Positions 24,213 to 28,955 of a stretch of DNA of 28,955 bases are shown here, piece by piece. The notes below the pieces were generated by a model. That model worked only from the letters and a program-made list of their open reading frames with translations, was not told the DNA's origin and searched no databases. Where the stretch lies: the IMG/VR virus record IMGVR_UViG_3300049170_000041, positions 1 to 28,955 of that record; one strand, 5' to 3'. The position numbers and the translations under genes were made by a program. Each line of letters begins with the position of its first letter. The first letter of the stretch is position 1. This DNA is from a virus. Lineage: Duplodnaviria > Caudoviricetes.

Positions 24213-24647
24213 GTGGCAGGCATAGACGCATTCGGCACACAGTTCAAGCGCGACTCCACCGGGGCCGGCGCCTTCGTTGCCATCGCCAGCGTGACCGACA
24301 TCAGCGGCCCGTCGCGGTCGCGTGAGTCGATCGAGGTCACCGCCCACGACTCCCCGAACCGATACAGGGAGTTCATCAAGGGCCTGAAGGACGGCGGCGA
24401 GGTGGAGATCACCCTGAACTACGACCCGGCCGCCGCCTCCCACGCCGCGCTGGACGCGGACTTCGAGGAGGACGACCTGCGCGACTACCAGGTCGTCATC
24501 CTGCCGGGCGACCCGGACGAACACACCTGGGAGTTCGCTGGCCTCATCACCGACATGGGCGACGAGTACCCGACCGAGGGCCAGATGGAGCGCTCGGTCA
24601 CGTTCAAGATCAGCGGCAAGCCGACCCTCACCGCGACGGGAGTCTGA
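24213..24647 (+). CDS. Major tail tube protein, 144 aa
   Basis: ISGPSRSRESIEVT..YREFIKGLKDGGEV..FKISGKP. Confidence 0.9.
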   Translation: MAGIDAFGTQFKRDSTGAGAFVAIASVTDISGPSRSRESIEVTAHDSPNRYREFIKGLKDGGEVEITLNYDPAAASHAALDADFEEDDLRDYQVVILPGDPDEHTWEFAGLITDMGDEYPTEGQMERSVTFKISGKPTLTATGV

Positions 24648-24649
24648 CC

Positions 24650-25063
24650 ATGGCATCTCTGAAGGACCTCATCCGGCAGGCGAACGACATCCGCCACCAG
24701 GACGACGTGGAGATCCCCGAGTGGGCGCCCGGCGCCCGCTTCCGCGTGACCGGCCTGCCGTCCGGCGACTGGGAGAAGTACCAGAACAGCCTCACGAAGA
24801 TGACCCGGAAGGACGAGTCATCGGGCATCGAGATGACGATCCAGTCCCGTAAGGCCGAGATCGTCGCCAAGGCGTTGTACGACCAGGAGTCCGGCGAGCT
24901 CGTCTTCCCCGACTTGCGCGAGGGCATCGCGATCCTCAGCAAGAGGAGCGGCGGCATCGTGAACGGCCTGTTCAATCTGGTCCGCCACCTGTCCGACGAG
25001 GACAAGGACTTCACGCAGAAGGTCGAGGCTGCCGAAGCGGATTTCGGCGACGGCCAGAGCTGA
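24650..25063 (+). CDS. Tail assembly chaperone (G-like), 137 aa
   Basis: Lies between tail tube and tape measure; VEIPEW motif. Confidence 0.85.
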   Translation: MASLKDLIRQANDIRHQDDVEIPEWAPGARFRVTGLPSGDWEKYQNSLTKMTRKDESSGIEMTIQSRKAEIVAKALYDQESGELVFPDLREGIAILSKRSGGIVNGLFNLVRHLSDEDKDFTQKVEAAEADFGDGQS

Positions 25064-25395
25064 GACTGCAGTACGACCTGGCCGCCGCCTTCCGGATGAC
25101 CCCGACCGAGGTCCTGGAGCGGTTCACCGAGGGGGAGCTGATCCGCCTCGTCGCCTACCAGAACCTCTACGGCCCGATCGGGCCCAAGCGGGCCGACGTC
25201 CTGTTCGCCCGCCTCGGCATGGATGTCGCCGCCCCGCACATGAAGAAGGGCCAGCGGCCGAAGCTGAAAGACCACCTCATCCAGTGGAGCCGCCGCGCCC
25301 GCCCGCGCAAGACCGGCCGCGAGCTCCTGGCCGCCGTCAAGGGCATCCAGGCCGGGTTCGACCGCCGCCCCGACCGGCGAGAAGGAGGCGCGTGA
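25039..25395 (+). CDS. Tail assembly chaperone extension (T-like), probably expressed by -1 frameshift; in-frame ATG at 25096
   Basis: The -1 frame is open from G-GAT-TTC (25039-25045), reading FRRRPELRLQYDLAAAFRMTP...; no clear RBS at 25096. Confidence 0.7.
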   Translation, partial: GFRRRPELRLQYDLAAAFRMTPTEVLERFTEGELIRLVAYQNLYGPIGPKRADVLFARLGMDVAAPHMKKGQRPKLKDHLIQWSRRARPRKTGRELLAAVKGIQAGFDRRPDRREGGA

Positions 25396-27362
25396 TGCCT
25401 GTCCTCGACGAGCTGCTCGTCCGCATCAACATGGACTCCTCCGGCGTCGAGGAAGGCGCGCAGGAAACCACCAGCCGCCTCGACAGCCTCGCCGCCCCGG
25501 CGGCCGCCGCCGGCCTCGCGGCCGGGGCCGTGTTCGCCGCGGGTATCGCCTCGGCCATGACCCTCGCCGAGGCTCAACACCAGCTGGAGAGCAGCCTCAA
25601 CCTCACCCACGCCGAGGCCGAGCGCGCCGGCGGAATCGCCGGGGAGGTGTACTCCTCCGGGTTCGGTGAGTCCCTCAGCGACGTGTCCAACGGTCTGGCC
25701 AGCGTCACCAGCGCCATGGGCAAGTTCGGCGACTTCACCGACGCCGAGCTGCAGGACATGACCAAGGGTGCCCTCGCGCTGGCCAAGACGTTCGAGATGG
25801 ATGTGGGCGAGGCCTCCACCGCAGCAGGCACCCTGATCAACACCGGGCTCGTGAAGGACGGGAAGGAAGCGTTCGACGTCCTGACCCGGGCCGCGCAGAC
25901 ACTGCCCAAGAGCATGGTCGCGGACCTTCCCTCGGTGGTGTCCGAGTACGGGCAGCACTTCAAGCGGATCGGCCTGGACGCCTCGACGTCGTTCGGCATG
26001 ATGTCGCAGTTCGTGAAGGCCGGCGGCCGCGACATCGACCAAGCCGCGGACGTGTTGCATGAGTTCGCGCGCATCACCTCGGAGGAGACCGACCGGGCGA
26101 AGGAAGGCTTCAAGTCCCTCGGCCTGGACGGCACGAAGATGCTGGCCGACATCGGCAAGGGCGGGAAGCCCGCGGCCGACGCGCTGCAGACCACGCTCGA
26201 CAAGCTGCGCGGGATCAAGGACCCGGCGAAGCGGGCCCAGCTCGGCGTCCAGCTCTTCGGCGACATGGCCGGCGAGGCGGCCGACGCGCTGCTCGCCATG
26301 AACCCGGAGACGGCGAAGGCCGCGACCGGCATGGACACCGCGGCCGGCGCGTCGAAGAAGCTCACGGAGTCCATGGAGGCCTCGCCCGCTCAGCAGATGG
26401 ACGCCGCGATGCGGACCCTGCAGATGACGCTCGGCGAGGTCTTCCTGCCGATCCTGAAGAGCGTCAGCCACTTCTTCGTCGAGCACAAGGACACCATCAA
26501 GGAGCTCGTCCCGATCGTGCTGATCCTGGTCACGACGCTGGGGCTCATGGCGGCCGCGATCTGGATCGTGAACATCGCGATGATGGCCAACCCCATCGGC
26601 TTGATCATCGCCGCGATCGTCGCCCTGATCGCGATCATCGTGATCCTGGTGCTCAAGTGGGACCAGATCAAGGCCGCCCTCCTGGCCCACTGGGAGGACA
26701 TCAAGGCCGACTGGGAACGACTCTGGGGAGCGATCTCCGGGTTCTTCACTCGCCTGTGGCAGGACATCGTCGACTCCGTCGAGGACGGCGTCCAGTTCGT
26801 CAAGGACGCGTGGGCCAGGTTCACGCCGATGAAGTGGCTGCAGGCCGGATGGGCCGGGATCACCACCTGGGTCGGCACCCAGTGGGGCAAGATCGTGAAG
26901 TCGGTGGAGGACGCCGCTGCCCGTATCCGGGGCTTCTTCAGGGGCATGTGGGACGGCGTCGTGAGCGGCCTCAAGTTCGCCCTCAACGGGGCGATCTGGA
27001 TGCTCAACAAGGGCATCGAGGCGATCAACGTCCTGATCGGCGGGGCCAACCGCATCCCCGGCGTGTCCATCGGCTACATCCCGTACATGCCCTACCTCGC
27101 CGAAGGCGGCATCACCACCGGACCCACCGTCGCCATGATCGGCGAGGGCCGCGAGCAGGAAGCCGTCCTGCCGCTGTCCAAGCTCGAAGCGCTGATCAAC
27201 ATGCCGAACGCGATGGCCGCCCCGTCTACCGGCAAGGTGCAGCCGGTGCAGGTCCTGATCACGCCCTCCGTCGACTCCGGCGCCTTCCAGGACGCGTTCC
27301 AGTACGCCGTCCGCACCCAGGCCGGCGGATCCGTCGCCCGCTACGCAGGAGAGGACGAGTAA
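25395..27362 (+). CDS. Tape measure protein, ~655 aa
   Basis: Long Ala/Gly-rich helical ORF, ANPIGLII hydrophobic block, periodic W/F repeats, LAEGG..GEGREQEAVLPL; follows the chaperones. Confidence 0.93.
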   Translation: MPVLDELLVRINMDSSGVEEGAQETTSRLDSLAAPAAAAGLAAGAVFAAGIASAMTLAEAQHQLESSLNLTHAEAERAGGIAGEVYSSGFGESLSDVSNGLASVTSAMGKFGDFTDAELQDMTKGALALAKTFEMDVGEASTAAGTLINTGLVKDGKEAFDVLTRAAQTLPKSMVADLPSVVSEYGQHFKRIGLDASTSFGMMSQFVKAGGRDIDQAADVLHEFARITSEETDRAKEGFKSLGLDGTKMLADIGKGGKPAADALQTTLDKLRGIKDPAKRAQLGVQLFGDMAGEAADALLAMNPETAKAATGMDTAAGASKKLTESMEASPAQQMDAAMRTLQMTLGEVFLPILKSVSHFFVEHKDTIKELVPIVLILVTTLGLMAAAIWIVNIAMMANPIGLIIAAIVALIAIIVILVLKWDQIKAALLAHWEDIKADWERLWGAISGFFTRLWQDIVDSVEDGVQFVKDAWARFTPMKWLQAGWAGITTWVGTQWGKIVKSVEDAAARIRGFFRGMWDGVVSGLKFALNGAIWMLNKGIEAINVLIGGANRIPGVSIGYIPYMPYLAEGGITTGPTVAMIGEGREQEAVLPLSKLEALINMPNAMAAPSTGKVQPVQVLITPSVDSGAFQDAFQYAVRTQAGGSVARYAGEDE

Positions 27363-27364
27363 CC

Positions 27365-28955
27365 ATGGTCGCCCTGCCGCCCCCGGATCTCCTGCAGCTC
27401 TTCTACGACGGGCAGTGGAACACGATCACCGGCCAGCCCCGTGCCTCGGCCGGGGTCACCATGTCGCGCGGCGTGTCGGCCGAAGGCACACGGGCAGAGC
27501 CCTCCTCGGCCGACATGCTGCTCGGCAACCGCGACGGCCGGTTCTCGCGCCGCGACCCGACCAGCGCGCTGTACGGGAAGATCGGCCCCAACACCCCGAT
27601 CCGCTACAGCGTCCAGGCCGGACACCCCTACCTCCTGCTCCCCGGGGACACCACGTCCGCGCTCACCACCCCCGACCACGCGAGCCTGGGCGTGACCGAC
27701 CTCGACCTGCGGATCGAGGTCGCACTCGACGACTACACCATCAGCCAGGAGCTCGTCTCCCGGTTCCTGACGACCGGCGACAACCGCAGCTGGTCGTTCC
27801 AACTGCCCCAGGGACAGCCGCAGCTGACCTGGTACCCCGACGGAACTTTCGCCAGCCAGAAGGTGGCCGGCACCGCCCTGCCCGTGCCCGCGAACCCGCG
27901 CCAGCGGATCGCCCTGCGCGTCGTCCTCGACGTCAACGACGGCGCGGGCGGGCACCTCGTCTCGTTCTACTGGGCCCCGTCCCTGAACGCCACCGTCTGG
28001 AACCTGCTCGACACCGACACCGCCGGTACGGGCACCACCACACTCGTCGACGGAGCCGCGGGCATCGCCCTGGGCACCAACACGGGCCTGGTCGGCAACG
28101 GCCTCGCCGGCCGCGTCTACGGCCTGCAGCTGTACGACGGAGCCACTGGCGCCCTCAAGTTCGACCTGGACTTCTCCACCGCCGAGCTCGGCGCCACCTC
28201 GTTCACCGACACCAGCGGCCTGGTGTGGACGTTGGCAGGCGCCGCGACCCTGTCCAACCGGCACGTCCGCATGGCGGGCGAGGTCCCCTCCTGGCCGCCG
28301 GAGCGCGACCGGTCCGGCCAGGACCGCACCGTGCCCATCACCCCGGCCGGGATCACCCGGCGCCTCGGCGCGGGCAACCGGCCACTGGAGAGCGCGTTGC
28401 TGCGCTACATCCGCGCCGCCTCCCCCATCGACTGCTGGCCGCTGACCGACGGGCAGCAGTCCACCGCCGCGACCTCCCTCGTCCAGGGCGCCACCATGAC
28501 GCCCGTCTTCACCACCGGGTCAGGCCCGGTGCAGTGGGCGCAGGGCAGCCTGGCCGAGTGGGTGGAGCCCGTCGCGAAGGCCCCCGCGTCGAACAGCTTC
28601 ACCATGCGCGGGACCCTGCCCGACAGCACGGCCGCGGCCTCCGGCTGGTCCGCCGAGTTCGCCATCGCGGGACTCTTGACGGGCAGCGCCGAGCTGCGGA
28701 CGTTCGACCGGGGCGCGGGCAGCGACGCCGACAACCGGATCTCCTGGCTCATCGCGTTGGACCCCTCCGCCGACGAGGTCGAGGTGCGGGTGACCTCGGC
28801 CGGGGCGACCAGCTCCTCTTTCACCGTCGTGGGCTTCTACACCGGCACCGGCGTCTTCGACTCCCAGCCTCACCACATCCGCCTCACCATCACCCCCCAG
28901 CCCGGGCCCGGCACCACCGCCTGGGCGCTGTACATCGACGGGGCCCTCATCGACA
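27365..28955 (+). CDS. Large minor tail protein, truncated by the window end
   Basis: ATG after GAGAGGA; MVALPPPDLLQLFYDGQW..LGNRDGRFS..YGKIGPNTPIR. Absent from the ORF track, consistent with no stop codon inside the window. Confidence 0.85.
   Translation, partial: MVALPPPDLLQLFYDGQWNTITGQPRASAGVTMSRGVSAEGTRAEPSSADMLLGNRDGRFSRRDPTSALYGKIGPNTPIRYSVQAGHPYLLLPGDTTSALTTPDHASLGVTDLDLRIEVALDDYTISQELVSRFLTTGDNRSWSFQLPQGQPQLTWYPDGTFASQKVAGTALPVPANPRQRIALRVVLDVNDGAGGHLVSFYWAPSLNATVWNLLDTDTAGTGTTTLVDGAAGIALGTNTGLVGNGLAGRVYGLQLYDGATGALKFDLDFSTAELGATSFTDTSGLVWTLAGAATLSNRHVRMAGEVPSWPPERDRSGQDRTVPITPAGITRRLGAGNRPLESALLRYIRAASPIDCWPLTDGQQSTAATSLVQGATMTPVFTTGSGPVQWAQGSLAEWVEPVAKAPASNSFTMRGTLPDSTAAASGWSAEFAIAGLLTGSAELRTFDRGAGSDADNRISWLIALDPSADEVEVRVTSAGATSSSFTVVGFYTGTGVFDSQPHHIRLTITPQPGPGTTAWALYIDGALID

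Larger units (their letters stand above)
1..28955. mobile_element. Temperate siphovirus-like prophage, left part; lysis genes and the second att site lie beyond the window
   Basis: tRNA-derived att core at 1-46, followed by integrase, repressor/cro/xis, replication, packaging, head and tail genes in canonical order. Confidence 0.97.

Overview
High-GC actinobacterial (Streptomyces-like) DNA. The whole window is the left ~29 kb of a temperate siphovirus-type prophage integrated at a tRNA-Lys(TTT) 3' end. Layout: att core (1-46), tyrosine integrase, XRE repressor/Cro/Xis switch with CGTTC-N8-GAACG operators, primase-polymerase/helicase, iteron-type origin, SF2 helicase, small early genes, a ~3.7 kb accessory operon (10.4-14.1 kb), late promoter, HNH, terminase, portal, head, head-tail and tail genes, with a minor tail gene running off the right edge. 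The best candidate for an undescribed system is the accessory operon. It resembles a Streptomyces plasmid transfer/spread (kor-spd-tra-clt) module, but its TraB-like gene keeps only the membrane anchor and C-terminal winged-helix domain, has no FtsK ATPase motor, and overlaps a clt-like array of CTGTAGAC repeats. Other notable signals are DNA-damage-type promoter motifs, a possibly split late regulator flanking the module, and CGCAANG hairpins at the terS and scaffold translation starts. All family assignments come from motif recognition and gene order only; no database searches were run.
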